A stretch of 64,000 nt of DNA from Nitrosopumilaceae archaeon (GCA_965207375.1 OZ242274.1:1092905-1156904); one strand, 5' to 3'; counted from the stretch's first letter, positions 46,751 to 57,787 are shown. A program made the numbers and translations. Notes: generated by a model from the letters alone, not told the origin.

Positions 46751-48406
46751 ATGAGAAAAAAGGCAATCATTACAAGTGCACTTCCGTATGCTAATGGGGA
46801 GATACATCTAGGACACGTTGCATCCACATATCTGCCTGCAGATGTGACTACGCGATATCTTAAACAAAACGGTGTAGAGGCGTATTATGTATGTGCATCT
46901 GATGATTTTGGAACACCAATCCTGATACAATCAGAAAAAGAGGACAAGACACCTGCACAGTACGTTGCCCATTGGAACAAGCGTGACTATGAGGATTTTA
47001 AATCACTTGATATCTGTTTTGATTATTTTTACAACACAAGCTCACAGGAAAACATTGAATTTGTACAGAATGTTTTCAAAAAGTTAAACGATGCAGGACA
47101 CATTTATGAATCTGAAATAATTCAGTTTTTTTGTCAAAACGATGACAAATTTTTGCCTGACAGATATGTCAAGGGAACCTGTCCTTACTGTCATACAAAA
47201 GATCAATACTCGGATTTGTGTGAAAGCTGCGGAAGGGTTCCTGAAGAAATTGACAATCCCAAGTGTTCAATTTGCGGGCAGACTCCAATCAAGAAAAAAA
47301 CCACGCATTATTTTTTTAAACTCAAAAATTTTGGCGACTCTCTTACTGCCTGGCTGGAACAAAACGACAATCTGCAAAAAGACGTAAAAAAATACGTTCA
47401 AAACTGGATTAAAACGGGACTAATCGACTGGGACATCACCCGTGACATATCTTGGGGCGTTCCGATTCCTAATACTCGACAAAATCAAGTTTTCTACGGT
47501 TGGTTTGACAATCATCTGGCATACATCTCAACTGCAATAAAATTTCTAAACGACAAAGGCATCAACGGAAAAGAATTTTGGAATTCTGCTGATATTTACC
47601 ACTTTATTGGAAAAGACATTGTATATCATCATTATTTGTTTTTACCTGCAATGCGATTGGGTATGAACAAAGAGTACAAACTACCTGACTTTATTCCGAC
47701 TCGAGGTCATCTTACTTTGGAATCTAAAAAAATCTCAAAGAGCAGAAATTGGTATATTGGCCTAAAAGAGTTTCTAAACTATTATCGTGCTGACTATCTT
47801 AGATACTATTTGATTTCAATTAATCCGTATTCTCAAGATGACTTGAATTTTGATTGGGACGAGTTTGCAACCCGAATCAACTCTGAACTTATTGGAAACT
47901 TGGGAAACTTTGTAAATAGGGCACTAGGGTTTGCTGCAAAGAGCTTTGATGGCACCGTTCCAAAACCTACTCAATATGATGACAAAGACAAAAAGGCAGA
48001 GGAAAAAATCCGAAATTTGTCATCTGATGTGGGTGCATTAATGCAGCAAAATCATCTTGATCGTGCACTAAAAAAGATACTAGACTTTACCGGTCACTTT
48101 AATCAGTATTTTCAGCACAAAGAGCCTTGGAAGAAAGGGCCTGGAACTGAGACCTGTGTATTTTTATCCGTAAATGCAACTAAGAGTCTATCTGTTATAC
48201 TGAGCTCATTTTTACCTGAATCTTCACAAAAAATTTGGACGCAGTTGGGATTAAATGGAAAATCTACAGATCAATCTTGGGATTCTATATCTGAGATAAC
48301 CATTATGCCTGGCCATACTTTGGGTGACCCTGCACCCCTGTTTGCAAAGGTTGAGGATGAAGACATTAAAAGACACAAGGAAAAATTGGGTACCCGAGCA
48401 AATTGA
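46751..48406 (+). CDS. metG: Methionyl-tRNA synthetase
   Basis: HIGH-type motif (ANGEIHLGHV), KMSKS-type motif (KISKSRN), and a Cys-rich knuckle insertion. Confidence 0.95.
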   Translation: MRKKAIITSALPYANGEIHLGHVASTYLPADVTTRYLKQNGVEAYYVCASDDFGTPILIQSEKEDKTPAQYVAHWNKRDYEDFKSLDICFDYFYNTSSQENIEFVQNVFKKLNDAGHIYESEIIQFFCQNDDKFLPDRYVKGTCPYCHTKDQYSDLCESCGRVPEEIDNPKCSICGQTPIKKKTTHYFFKLKNFGDSLTAWLEQNDNLQKDVKKYVQNWIKTGLIDWDITRDISWGVPIPNTRQNQVFYGWFDNHLAYISTAIKFLNDKGINGKEFWNSADIYHFIGKDIVYHHYLFLPAMRLGMNKEYKLPDFIPTRGHLTLESKKISKSRNWYIGLKEFLNYYRADYLRYYLISINPYSQDDLNFDWDEFATRINSELIGNLGNFVNRALGFAAKSFDGTVPKPTQYDDKDKKAEEKIRNLSSDVGALMQQNHLDRALKKILDFTGHFNQYFQHKEPWKKGPGTETCVFLSVNATKSLSVILSSFLPESSQKIWTQLGLNGKSTDQSWDSISEITIMPGHTLGDPAPLFAKVEDEDIKRHKEKLGTRAN

Positions 48407-49155
48407 GAAAACCATTTCCGAGAATATCAACTAGAGGATATTATGATTTAGGTACGGGTAATACTTTAAAGACAAATCCTTACTTTTTATATCCAAAATT
48501 CTTTTTTGATCATATACGTGGTACAAAGGAGCTAACAATTATGATGCATGGGCTAAGAAATGACAGGACAGGTGCATTAAACAAGTTTGTCATTGCCAAG
48601 AAAAAACTACACCAAATAGGTTATTGCTATCCTGTAGTTGGATTCAGCTATGATTCAAACACCAGAGGAGCACATCTTGCAAAATCTGCCCTCAAAGCAT
48701 TGCACGTAGGACAAAAAATAGCAAAGAAAAATGGCAAAAATTTAGCAAAATTTATTGTAGATTTTAAAAACTCTAGTCCTGATACTCGAATTCGATTAAT
48801 GGGTCATTCTCTTGGCTCTCAGGTTATCTTGCACACAGTTGAGAATTTGGCCAAAAATCCAAAAAATACATCCATGATAGAGTCTGTTTACTTTTTTGGC
48901 AGCTCCATAACTATACAAGAGTTCTCTTGTGCAGTGCGCTCCAAAATACTTCAAAAAATTATCAGGCACAAAATTGTCAATTATTTTAGTCCTGCAGATG
49001 AGACCCTCAAATACGCTCATGAGCATGGAGATGTATTGAATCCTATAGGGTATTTTGGATGTAGCCCAAATCTGTCAAAATATACTCAAAAAAAGGTATG
49101 GCCAAAAAACCACCGATTCGCAAGCTATGCTGATGTTCTCAAGTCGTTTCCATAG
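48403..49155 (+). CDS. Alpha/beta-hydrolase fold protein
   Basis: Nucleophile elbow GHSLGSQV. The TTG start overlapping the metG stop is uncertain. Confidence 0.65.
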   Translation: MRKPFPRISTRGYYDLGTGNTLKTNPYFLYPKFFFDHIRGTKELTIMMHGLRNDRTGALNKFVIAKKKLHQIGYCYPVVGFSYDSNTRGAHLAKSALKALHVGQKIAKKNGKNLAKFIVDFKNSSPDTRIRLMGHSLGSQVILHTVENLAKNPKNTSMIESVYFFGSSITIQEFSCAVRSKILQKIIRHKIVNYFSPADETLKYAHEHGDVLNPIGYFGCSPNLSKYTQKKVWPKNHRFASYADVLKSFP

Positions 49156-49186
49156 TTTAAATTTCAATGATGCCTGAATTTTTGAT

Positions 49187-50101
49187 ATGAACTCGGCAAA
49201 CTTTGTGGTTTTAGGTGATCAAAGTATTGCAAAAAATTTTGGCAAAAAGGGAACTCAAACGGATCTTACCTTATATGATAAAAAAGAGTCCGATGTTATA
49301 AGAACCTGGATTGTACCTAGTGGATTTCCTGAAAAAATTCAACCACTTCTTCAGGCAATTAACCTGTCAGAATTTGTAGTCTTGTATGTTACTGCACTAG
49401 ATAAATTTACAGGAGAACAAATTGTGGCACTAGATATTTTGGATAAAAAAATTGGTATAATTGCACATTCCTTTGATGTAGATGAATCCACATTAAATGC
49501 CATGATTAAAGGGACTGTGGTACAAAACTATACTGTAACTGAATATGACCGGCTCTGGGAAGAGATTGCAAAAGTCAAACCCTTATCCAAAGAGGGAAAG
49601 ACCAAAATTGTAATTGATCATTGCTTTGATGTCAGAGGTGTGGGTACTGTAGTTTTAGGCAAAGTCACCTCTGGTATAGTAAAGCAGTATGATGACCTCA
49701 AACTTTTGCCTGCAGATGCAGATGTGATGATAAAATCAATTCAAATGCACGACGATCCTGTAAATGAGGCAGCATACCCTGCCCGTGTAGGGCTGTCTGT
49801 CAAGGGCGTAAAACCAGAAGATGTGAATCGTGGAGATATTTTGTGTGTTGACTCTATGAAGGTAACTGATGAATTAGACATTGATTTTGTAAAAACCCCA
49901 TACTACAAGGGAGATATTTCCAAAAATCATATGTGTCTTGTTAATGTGGGACTAAAAATCATGGCAGGCAAATTCTCATCTGTGCATCCAGTCAAGATTC
50001 ATCTTGACAAGCCTATTGTATATGATGATGGTGATATTGCAGTTGTTTTAAAACCTGAATCTACAGGAATTCGAATTTTAGGCAGCGGAAAAATCAAATG
50101 A
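49187..50101 (+). CDS. EF-Tu/SelB-like protein with a degenerate G domain
   Basis: Domain II beta-barrel block (VIDHCFDVRGVGTVVLGKVTSGIVKQYDDLKLLP). The N-terminal domain lacks intact G1 (GxxxxGKS/T) and G3 (DxxG) motifs. Confidence 0.75.
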   Translation: MNSANFVVLGDQSIAKNFGKKGTQTDLTLYDKKESDVIRTWIVPSGFPEKIQPLLQAINLSEFVVLYVTALDKFTGEQIVALDILDKKIGIIAHSFDVDESTLNAMIKGTVVQNYTVTEYDRLWEEIAKVKPLSKEGKTKIVIDHCFDVRGVGTVVLGKVTSGIVKQYDDLKLLPADADVMIKSIQMHDDPVNEAAYPARVGLSVKGVKPEDVNRGDILCVDSMKVTDELDIDFVKTPYYKGDISKNHMCLVNVGLKIMAGKFSSVHPVKIHLDKPIVYDDGDIAVVLKPESTGIRILGSGKIK

Positions 50102-50346
50102 TTATTGTACCTGCGAGCCGGTTTGTTTTTTGTTGATAAAATTTACTGTTTTTTTATTTCCATTTTCATGCGCAACATGTGGGCATTGAGGCGATATGAT
50201 GATGTTTCACATTCCAGCATTACAGTGAGACAGATGCAGTTATGGTGTGTGCTTTAGAATACATTATAATTATGGGAAATATCGTATGATGCAGGTGCAA
50301 GATAGTGGGTGAATTTCCATCTACTGATGTAACTGTGCTTGAGAAA

Positions 50347-50901
50347 TTACTCCATCATTTTCAATGTGTCTGATGCAGTTATAATTCCAACAATTTTGGT
50401 TTGTTTTGATACCAGTATGCACTTTGAATATCTAATCAAAGGCACTAGTACGTTTACAGGCGTTTCAAAGTCAACTATTGGAGGTGTTGAATCCATCGTA
50501 TTTGATATCTTGGCCTTTTTGAGTTCTGTCTCTCCTGTATCTGATAGATGTTTTACAATTCCGTCCTCTGTTATTACGCCTACTACCTCAATTTTGTCAA
50601 AAATTGGAATTTGGCTGATGGATAACTGGTGCATTTTTTTTATTGCGTCATGTAGCGTATCTGTTGGTTTTAATCTGATTATATCCTTACTGCAAAAATC
50701 CCCTGCAATATGTGGTGATTTTCCTTCCAATGTTACCAAATTGTCAAAAATCTTTTTAGCAGTATCGTAGCTTGGTTGACTACGCCCTGATTCGATTTGA
50801 TTTATCATTGATGTGCTGACACCTGTCATGTGTGCAAGTTTTTTTTGTGTAATTCCTATCTTGAGTCTGATTTGCTTTATAGAATCAATTCTTGGCAGCA
50901 T
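50347..50901 (-). CDS. XRE-type HTH plus CBS-pair domain regulator
   Basis: ITQKKLAHMTGVSTSMINQIESGRSQPS is an HTH, followed by two CBS-like units. The start is taken at the Met that avoids overlap with ppdK. Confidence 0.8.
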   Translation of the reverse strand: MLPRIDSIKQIRLKIGITQKKLAHMTGVSTSMINQIESGRSQPSYDTAKKIFDNLVTLEGKSPHIAGDFCSKDIIRLKPTDTLHDAIKKMHQLSISQIPIFDKIEVVGVITEDGIVKHLSDTGETELKKAKISNTMDSTPPIVDFETPVNVLVPLIRYSKCILVSKQTKIVGIITASDTLKMME

Positions 50902-50929
50902 AAAGTTATTTAGTTGTGGCCGATTTAAA

Positions 50930-53572
50930 CTATTTTGGTTTTTCAATTGCGGCCTGAGCTGCGGCAACAATTGCTATTGGTATCCTGTGTGGTGATGCGC
51001 TGACATAGCTTAGTCCTGCACTGTGACAAAACTTTATAGAGTTGGGATCTCCTCCGTGTTCTCCACAGATGCCAACCTCCATGTTGTGTTTAATTTTACG
51101 TCCGCCTGAAATTCCGATTTTAATTAGGCGGCCTACGCCATTTGCATCAATTGTTTGGAAAGGATTTCTCTCTAGCAGCTCCTTTTCCATATATTCTGGA
51201 AGGAATTTACCTTCCACATCTTCTCTGCTAAAACTAAAGGTTCCCTGTGTCAAATCATTGGTGCCAAAGCTGAAAAACTCTGCCGTATTTGCAAGCTCAT
51301 CTGCAGTTAACGCTGCCCTTACAACCTCTATCATTGTTCCAAAGTTTACTGTCAGCTTCATTTTGTTTTTGGCTTCGACCTCCTTTTTGATATCATCATA
51401 AATTTTCTTGATGTGATTTAATTCTGCAATACTGCTTATTTGTGGAATCATGATTTGTGGATGTGCCTTTATTTTTTTCTTTGTCAACTCCGCTAGGGCC
51501 TCAAAGACTGCCCGAATCTGCATCTGATAAATTTCAGGATATGTCACGCCCACCCTGACTCCTCTATGACCCATCATTGGGTTTACCTCTGCTAGCTGTC
51601 TGGCCCTTTTCAAAACAATTTCTGCTTTTTTGATCTCCTCTTTTGCCTCTAGTCTGTGAATTTTTTCTGCTAGCTCCTCAGGATTTGGCAGGAACTCGTG
51701 TAGTGGCGGATCAAGCAACCTGATTGTTACCTCATAGCCCTCCATCGCCTTTAGAATTGCAATAAAGTCACTTTTTTGCAATCGTCCCAATTTTTTAAGA
51801 ACCTGGGAGCGCTCTTTGGTGTTTTGTGCCATTATCATATCTACAAACAAGCCTATCCTGTCACTTGCGTTGAACATTCTCTCTGTTCTGCAAAGGCCTA
51901 TTCCTTTTGCGCCAAACCTTCTTGCTAGTCTTGCAGCTTCGGGCGTATCTGCATTTGCCCTGATTCCAAGTACCTTTGTTTTTTGCGCCCATGCAAGGAT
52001 TTGTTCAAAGTCCTTTGTCACCTTTGGCTCTACTGTTGGAACCTCTCCTAGAAAAACCGTTCCTGTACTGCCATCAATAGATACTGTCTGACCTTCCTTT
52101 AGGATATTTCCATTTGCAATACATTGGTTGTTATTATAATCAATCTTTAATTGTGCGCATCCTACAATGCATGGCTTTCCCATGCCTCTTGAAACAATTG
52201 CTGCATGAGATGACTTTCCTCCCAAGCTAGTCAGTATTCCTTGTGATGAAAAAAATGCAGGAACGTCTTCGGGTTTTGTTTCTTTTCTGATTAAGATGAC
52301 CTTTTTGCCTGCATCTCCTAACTCCATTGCCTTTTTTACATCAAAGACTGCAATTCCGCTAGCAGCTCCCGGAGATGCTGCAATGCCACGCACAAATTGT
52401 TTAAAATTCATGCATTTTGACTCGTCAACTGTTCTGTGCAACAATGCCTCTAATTGCTGTGCAGGAATTCTTACAAGTGCTCGTTTTTTGTCAACTAGTC
52501 TTTCTTTTACCATGTCTACAGATGTCTTTACTAGTGCCATGGCGCTCATTTTTGCAGTTCTTGTCTGCAACAGGTAGAATCGTCCCTGCTCTATGGTAAA
52601 TTCAATATCTTGTGGTTCTTTAAAGTGTCTTTCAAGCTTTGTACATGCATTGTATAGCTCACTGTATGATTTTGACATCTCTTTTTTGAGCAAGGCAACA
52701 TTTTTTCCGGTTCTAACTCCTGCAACAACGTCCTCTCCTTGCGCGTTGATCAGATATTCTCCCTCCAACTCCTTTTTGCCGTTGTGTCCGTTTCTGGTAA
52801 ATACTACCCCCGTTGCACTATCTGCACCCATGTTTCCAAACACCATTGCAACAACGTTGACTGCGGTTCCATCTGCAATGTCTTTTGTTATGTTATTTTT
52901 GTCACGATAAATTACTGCCCTTTCTCCCATCCAGCTTTTAAAGACTGCCTCAATTGACAGGCTCAGCTGTTCATTAGGAGAATCTGGAAATTTTTTCTTT
53001 GTGTGTTTTTCACATATTTTTTTATATTCAGACACGATCTTTTTTAACGATTCCACACTTAGATTGCTGTCATCTTTTACGCCCTGTCTGGATTTTGCAG
53101 AATCTAGTATATCATCAAACTTTTCATCATGTATTCCAAATACTACCTTGCCGAACAGCTGAATGAATCGCCTGTACGAATCCCAAGCAAAGCGTGGGTT
53201 TTTTGTTTGCTCAGCTAGGCCATCTACTGTTTTTTCATTTAATCCCAGATTCAAAATTGTATCCATCATGCCCGGCATCGATATTGCAGCACCGGAACGA
53301 ACAGAAACCAACAGTGGATTTTTTGTAGAATTCCATTTCTTTTTGGTTTTTTGCTCTATTTTTGCAATGTTTTTCATTACCATGGGCATGACATCTTTGG
53401 GCAGTTTCTGATGGTTTGCATAATATTTCTTACAAACCTCAGTTGTGATGATAAATCCAGGTGGTACAGGAAGCTTTAATCTAGTCATTTCACTTAGACC
53501 TGCACCTTTTCCACCCAAAAGCATCCTGTTTTTACTGTCTGCCTCCTCAAATGCATATACTGGCTTTGCCAT
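50930..53572 (-). CDS. ppdK: Pyruvate, phosphate dikinase
   Basis: Phospho-histidine region GGKSSHAAIVSRGMGKPCIVG and PEP-utilising C-terminal FFSFGTNDLTQ. Confidence 0.95.
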   Translation of the reverse strand: MAKPVYAFEEADSKNRMLLGGKGAGLSEMTRLKLPVPPGFIITTEVCKKYYANHQKLPKDVMPMVMKNIAKIEQKTKKKWNSTKNPLLVSVRSGAAISMPGMMDTILNLGLNEKTVDGLAEQTKNPRFAWDSYRRFIQLFGKVVFGIHDEKFDDILDSAKSRQGVKDDSNLSVESLKKIVSEYKKICEKHTKKKFPDSPNEQLSLSIEAVFKSWMGERAVIYRDKNNITKDIADGTAVNVVAMVFGNMGADSATGVVFTRNGHNGKKELEGEYLINAQGEDVVAGVRTGKNVALLKKEMSKSYSELYNACTKLERHFKEPQDIEFTIEQGRFYLLQTRTAKMSAMALVKTSVDMVKERLVDKKRALVRIPAQQLEALLHRTVDESKCMNFKQFVRGIAASPGAASGIAVFDVKKAMELGDAGKKVILIRKETKPEDVPAFFSSQGILTSLGGKSSHAAIVSRGMGKPCIVGCAQLKIDYNNNQCIANGNILKEGQTVSIDGSTGTVFLGEVPTVEPKVTKDFEQILAWAQKTKVLGIRANADTPEAARLARRFGAKGIGLCRTERMFNASDRIGLFVDMIMAQNTKERSQVLKKLGRLQKSDFIAILKAMEGYEVTIRLLDPPLHEFLPNPEELAEKIHRLEAKEEIKKAEIVLKRARQLAEVNPMMGHRGVRVGVTYPEIYQMQIRAVFEALAELTKKKIKAHPQIMIPQISSIAELNHIKKIYDDIKKEVEAKNKMKLTVNFGTMIEVVRAALTADELANTAEFFSFGTNDLTQGTFSFSREDVEGKFLPEYMEKELLERNPFQTIDANGVGRLIKIGISGGRKIKHNMEVGICGEHGGDPNSIKFCHSAGLSYVSASPHRIPIAIVAAAQAAIEKPK

Positions 53573-53599
53573 GCAAAATGTCGTAAATTTTTTGGCTTT

Positions 53600-54256
53600 T
53601 TAAACTAATGCCTTTGCAAATTCAGAAATTGTTTTTTCCCAGTTGTTTGCTTTGATGATTCCGCTTGCAACTAAAATTCCTACAGAGCCTAACTCGGTTG
53701 CCTTGATTACATCATCTCCAGAAACAATTCCCGCACCACAAAGAAGTTTGGTTTTATTTTTTGCAGATTTTACTGTGTTTGCTGCTTTTATAATCAAGTC
53801 TGGTTGCTCCTTTGAAACTGCCTTTGCAGAGCCGATTAGCTCTGGTGGCTCAATTGCTATATAGTCTGGGTTTAATTTTACATATTTTTTGACCTCTGCA
53901 ACATCTTTTACGCACAGAACCGATGTCATTTTGAGCTCTTTTAATTTTGAAATTATGTTTTTGATCTCATTTGGGGAAATCCTGTGCTCGCTGTGATTAA
54001 CTAAAGAGCCTGATATCTTTGATTTTTTTAACAGCTCTGGTACCATAAAGCCTGTAGTACTACCAACTAAAGAATCATCAACATGTTGTGCAAGTATCTG
54101 GATGTTGTTTTGTGCAATTTGTCCCAACAGGTGTTGCGGGGGCGCTATGACAATTTTTACCTTGTATTTTTTTGCTACTCTTTGTACTGTTTTTACAAAT
54201 TTGATAATTTGCCTGCCTGATACTTCCTCATAGTTTTTACAGTTGATAATAAACAA
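53600..54256 (-). CDS. tpiA: Triosephosphate isomerase (short archaeal type)
   Basis: INCKNY, VNHSEHR, and AIEPPELIG motifs. 218 aa. Confidence 0.9.
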   Translation of the reverse strand: MFIINCKNYEEVSGRQIIKFVKTVQRVAKKYKVKIVIAPPQHLLGQIAQNNIQILAQHVDDSLVGSTTGFMVPELLKKSKISGSLVNHSEHRISPNEIKNIISKLKELKMTSVLCVKDVAEVKKYVKLNPDYIAIEPPELIGSAKAVSKEQPDLIIKAANTVKSAKNKTKLLCGAGIVSGDDVIKATELGSVGILVASGIIKANNWEKTISEFAKALV

Positions 54257-54284
54257 GATTGCTTCAAGGTGTTTTGTTTAGTAT

Positions 54285-54572
54285 TTAATCCTTAATTTGA
54301 GCAATACTGTCATATTTGCGTTTCATGCAAAGCACTATCATCATCAAGATGATGGCTGCAAGGTTTGTACCTATAATGTATATGTCATTTACCTCTATTC
54401 CATAAATTAGCCACAGCAGTGCGCCTGCCGAAATCAACAACATCAGGTATCTTGAAATGTCTTTGAGACTCTTTGTTCTGTATCCTTTGATTATTTGCTG
54501 AACCCATCCTGATAAAATCAAGATTCCTGCCAATGTGCCAATAATTACAAGCAGGTTTTCATCTAAAAGCAT
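54285..54572 (-). CDS. PQ-loop/SemiSWEET-like three-helix membrane protein
   Basis: 95 aa with three TM helices and a GWVQQIIKGYRTKS loop resembling the PQ motif region. Confidence 0.55.
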   Translation of the reverse strand: MLLDENLLVIIGTLAGILILSGWVQQIIKGYRTKSLKDISRYLMLLISAGALLWLIYGIEVNDIYIIGTNLAAIILMMIVLCMKRKYDSIAQIKD

Positions 54573-54579
54573 AAAGATC

Positions 54580-57120
54580 CTAATTCCAGAAAAACTGATC
54601 TAGGCCAGTTTGCTTTGGTTTTCCCAGCATTACATCAAAGTCTAAATCCATAGATGACGTAATCTGATCAAGTGTTGACTCCATAAATTCAAGATATTTT
54701 TTTGGATCAATTTCGGTCTGCTTTGCCAATTCGATTGGTTTTACACCCTGCTTGTTTCGTGTCTTGATATATGAAATAATATCTCCTTTTTTGATCTCTC
54801 TTGTAGATCCTAACATTTTTGCAGCCCTTATGTGTTGAGGAACCGTTTTTACATATTCTGATGGGGCCTTGCTTATCATTACATTATATGCCAAATCTTC
54901 TATTGGGATTTGTGTGTCTTGTACCTTTTTGGCACAATCTGAAATTTTAACACTGATTTGTTTTTTTGCATTTTCAAAATCTTTAATGTTTTGAACCTCT
55001 GCAAGTACATCAAGCAGCTCATAAAACAGATTTTTAATAAATTTGGGAGTATGTGATTTTTTCCCCGTCAATCCCTTTACGTCTACCTTGCCTGATTTTG
55101 TAACTCCCAGATAGTTCTTTTTTCTATTGCTTAATACCACGTATCTGTACTCTTTGTCAATCTCAAGATCTACTTTGTGATCGTTTTTAGCTTGTTCAAT
55201 TACTAAATCAATCTGTGCCTGTGTTGGGTTTTTGATAAATAGTGAATCTGTATCTCCGTACAGTACCTCTATACCTGCTGTATCGCACTTTTTTATGGTT
55301 TCTAAAATTGTATGTCTTCCGATTGCAGTGGTGGCTTCTGCTGCAGGCAAAAAGTATAGTGGGAATATTTCTGCACCCATCACGCCATAGCTTGCATTTA
55401 AAATGACCTTAAGTGCCTGGCTGACTACTGTATATTGTTGCCTTTGCTCATCTGTGATATTTTGTTTTTTTGAGAGGCTCTTGTAATAGTTTACCCTCAA
55501 ATCACGAAGCGAACCTATTAGCATGGCAGTCATGCCGTTTCTCTTTGTGCATACCCAGTGATTGGTTTGTGGTATTGTGCTTGTTTGACATTCTTTGTGT
55601 GGACATCGTACCGTTTCATATGAGAGATTTCTGACCTTGATGATACTAGGATACAGGCTTGCAAAGTCCATCACGGTGACATTGAAGTGAATGCCTTCCT
55701 TGGGATCTATAACTAACCCTCCACGGTATTTTTTATCTTTGATGACTGCATTTGAGGAGGCAGTTGTGAAATGCTTTTGCAACTCCTCTCGTTTTGGAAT
55801 GAGTGCATTTCTTTGACGGTGTTCATAGTATAGCAGGCTTTTAATCCATTGTGAAACGCCTAGTCTTGCAATATCATCAATTGGCATTCTTGCAATCCTT
55901 GCAATTACAATTAACAGGTCCATTAACAGATTATTGTTAAAACTTGTCAGTTCATAAGTAAGCAATGCATCATTGTAACAATAATTTGCAGTCTGGTACA
56001 GCGTTTGATCATTGAACGCTACGCCATAGTCTATCTTTTGCTTTCCTAGTAGTGCCTTTGAGACGCTGTTTAATGAAAAATCAGTATATTTGTGGCTAAA
56101 CGCATAGATTTGAAACGAGCGATTTGATAACGTCCTGTACAAATCAATGTGAACACCATGTTTTAGCGTTGCAGAGTCTCTCATCATGTATAATGGATTG
56201 TCCTGATTTTGTATTCCTAGCCGCTCTGCACGATTATACAGGTATGGTAGATCAAATTCGTCGCCGTTATAGGTTAAAACAAATGCAAATTCCTCCAACA
56301 ACTTGAATGCATCAAGAATCATCTGTTTTTCATTTTCTTGCTCGTAGAATTTTGGTTCAAAATCCAAGTCGTTGGTGCCAAGCTGCGTTTCTTTTTTCTT
56401 TAAGATAAAAATCTCCCTAAATCCATCTGTGCCTGAGAATCCAATTGCCGTAATTCTTTTTTCTGCAAGTTTTGGATCAGGAATACGGTCGATTTCTGCC
56501 TCAATCTCAATGTCTACGCTTACCCTCCTCATTTTCGGAATTGGTTGGTTTAGCAAGTCAGCCCAATCAGAAATGTATTCTTCAAACTGTTTAGAGTCTA
56601 TCATTTTTTCATCTGATATATTCTCCCAGAGTAAAGTATTGAGGGCGTCTTTGATCTGTTGTGGGATTTCCAAATCATGTGGTACTACTTTTGAATCTTT
56701 TATTTCATAATATTTTCCTATAATTAATGATCTGTCGTACAAATAATTTTCATAATATTTGATATCAGACTCCCATGTTTCAATCACATTTCTCAGGCTC
56801 TTATCCGTTGTCGTACCTCCTATTGCCAACGGATCTTCTACTGTTATTTTTGACAAGGATACTTGCTCGTCTTTTAAAAGATCATTTCGCTTGACATCTT
56901 CTATTTTTATCACGTCCTTTCTGTCTGCAATAAATCCCAATTCGTCTGGATTTAATCTTGAATAGCAGTATGGTTTGTGACCAATCTCGTCTTGCCACAG
57001 GATGATTTTTTGTGTTTTTGGTTCGTAAAATTTAAGAACTACCGATTTTTTTTTGTTGTCATATGTTGCAGACACCAGCATAGATGGTGGAAGCTGTTTG
57101 ATCTGTGTTTGTTGTGTCAT
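54580..57120 (-). CDS. polB: Family B DNA polymerase
   Basis: Exonuclease motifs (DIE), SLYPSII, and the YGDTDS polymerase motif. Confidence 0.95.
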   Translation of the reverse strand: MTQQTQIKQLPPSMLVSATYDNKKKSVVLKFYEPKTQKIILWQDEIGHKPYCYSRLNPDELGFIADRKDVIKIEDVKRNDLLKDEQVSLSKITVEDPLAIGGTTTDKSLRNVIETWESDIKYYENYLYDRSLIIGKYYEIKDSKVVPHDLEIPQQIKDALNTLLWENISDEKMIDSKQFEEYISDWADLLNQPIPKMRRVSVDIEIEAEIDRIPDPKLAEKRITAIGFSGTDGFREIFILKKKETQLGTNDLDFEPKFYEQENEKQMILDAFKLLEEFAFVLTYNGDEFDLPYLYNRAERLGIQNQDNPLYMMRDSATLKHGVHIDLYRTLSNRSFQIYAFSHKYTDFSLNSVSKALLGKQKIDYGVAFNDQTLYQTANYCYNDALLTYELTSFNNNLLMDLLIVIARIARMPIDDIARLGVSQWIKSLLYYEHRQRNALIPKREELQKHFTTASSNAVIKDKKYRGGLVIDPKEGIHFNVTVMDFASLYPSIIKVRNLSYETVRCPHKECQTSTIPQTNHWVCTKRNGMTAMLIGSLRDLRVNYYKSLSKKQNITDEQRQQYTVVSQALKVILNASYGVMGAEIFPLYFLPAAEATTAIGRHTILETIKKCDTAGIEVLYGDTDSLFIKNPTQAQIDLVIEQAKNDHKVDLEIDKEYRYVVLSNRKKNYLGVTKSGKVDVKGLTGKKSHTPKFIKNLFYELLDVLAEVQNIKDFENAKKQISVKISDCAKKVQDTQIPIEDLAYNVMISKAPSEYVKTVPQHIRAAKMLGSTREIKKGDIISYIKTRNKQGVKPIELAKQTEIDPKKYLEFMESTLDQITSSMDLDFDVMLGKPKQTGLDQFFWN

Positions 57121-57122
57121 GG

Positions 57123-57653
57123 TTAGTTTGTATAGTCACCGGTTAACTGCTTTGCCCATCTTTGGATTTTATCTTTTTGTAGCGTAATTACTTTTATTTG
57201 AGCCTGTTTTAATAAATCATAATCTGTTTCAGGATAAGAGTCAAGACAAATTATTTTTTTAATACCAATTGTAATTGCCATTTTTGTACATTCCAAACAT
57301 GGCACAAATGTGGTGTACAATATGGCACCCTTGACTCCTGCCTCTATTCCTAGTATGGCACAATGCATGATTGCGTTTGCTTCTGCATGAGTGCAAAGGC
57401 ATCTATCTAGTGATTGACCTGGTTCAATTTTTCCATCCATTCTTAACTGGCATCGTTTACAGCCTCCTTCAAAACAGTTTTTTATGCCCGGAGGTGTTCC
57501 GTTGTATCCTGTAGCTATTTGGCGATTGTTTCTGACAATTACTGCACCAACCTTTCTTGTTATGCAGTTTGAGCGAAGCTTTGCAAGCTCTGCTTGAAGC
57601 ATAAAATATTCATCCCAATTTGGTCTATCAAAAGTCATACACACACTTGCCAT
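57123..57653 (-). CDS. dCMP deaminase (CMP/dCMP-type zinc deaminase)
   Basis: CTHAEANAI and PCLECTK zinc-ligand motifs. Confidence 0.9.
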   Translation of the reverse strand: MASVCMTFDRPNWDEYFMLQAELAKLRSNCITRKVGAVIVRNNRQIATGYNGTPPGIKNCFEGGCKRCQLRMDGKIEPGQSLDRCLCTHAEANAIMHCAILGIEAGVKGAILYTTFVPCLECTKMAITIGIKKIICLDSYPETDYDLLKQAQIKVITLQKDKIQRWAKQLTGDYTN

Positions 57654-57697
57654 TGCTGCAATATATGAATTTGAATCAAAAAGATCATCTAAAATTA

Positions 57698-57787
57698 TTA
57701 TGAATATACTGAATAGAATCCCCAGATGATACCCAAAGCCATTATTCCAATCAGCGAATAACCAAGTGCCTTAAAGTCACTATTCAT
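57698..57787 (-). CDS. Tiny hydrophobic peptide candidate (29 aa)
   Basis: MNSDFKALGYSLIGIMALGIIWGFYSVYS. TATTAAATAA and AAGGAG lie upstream of the ATG. This is a weak call. Confidence 0.2.
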   Translation of the reverse strand: MNSDFKALGYSLIGIMALGIIWGFYSVYS

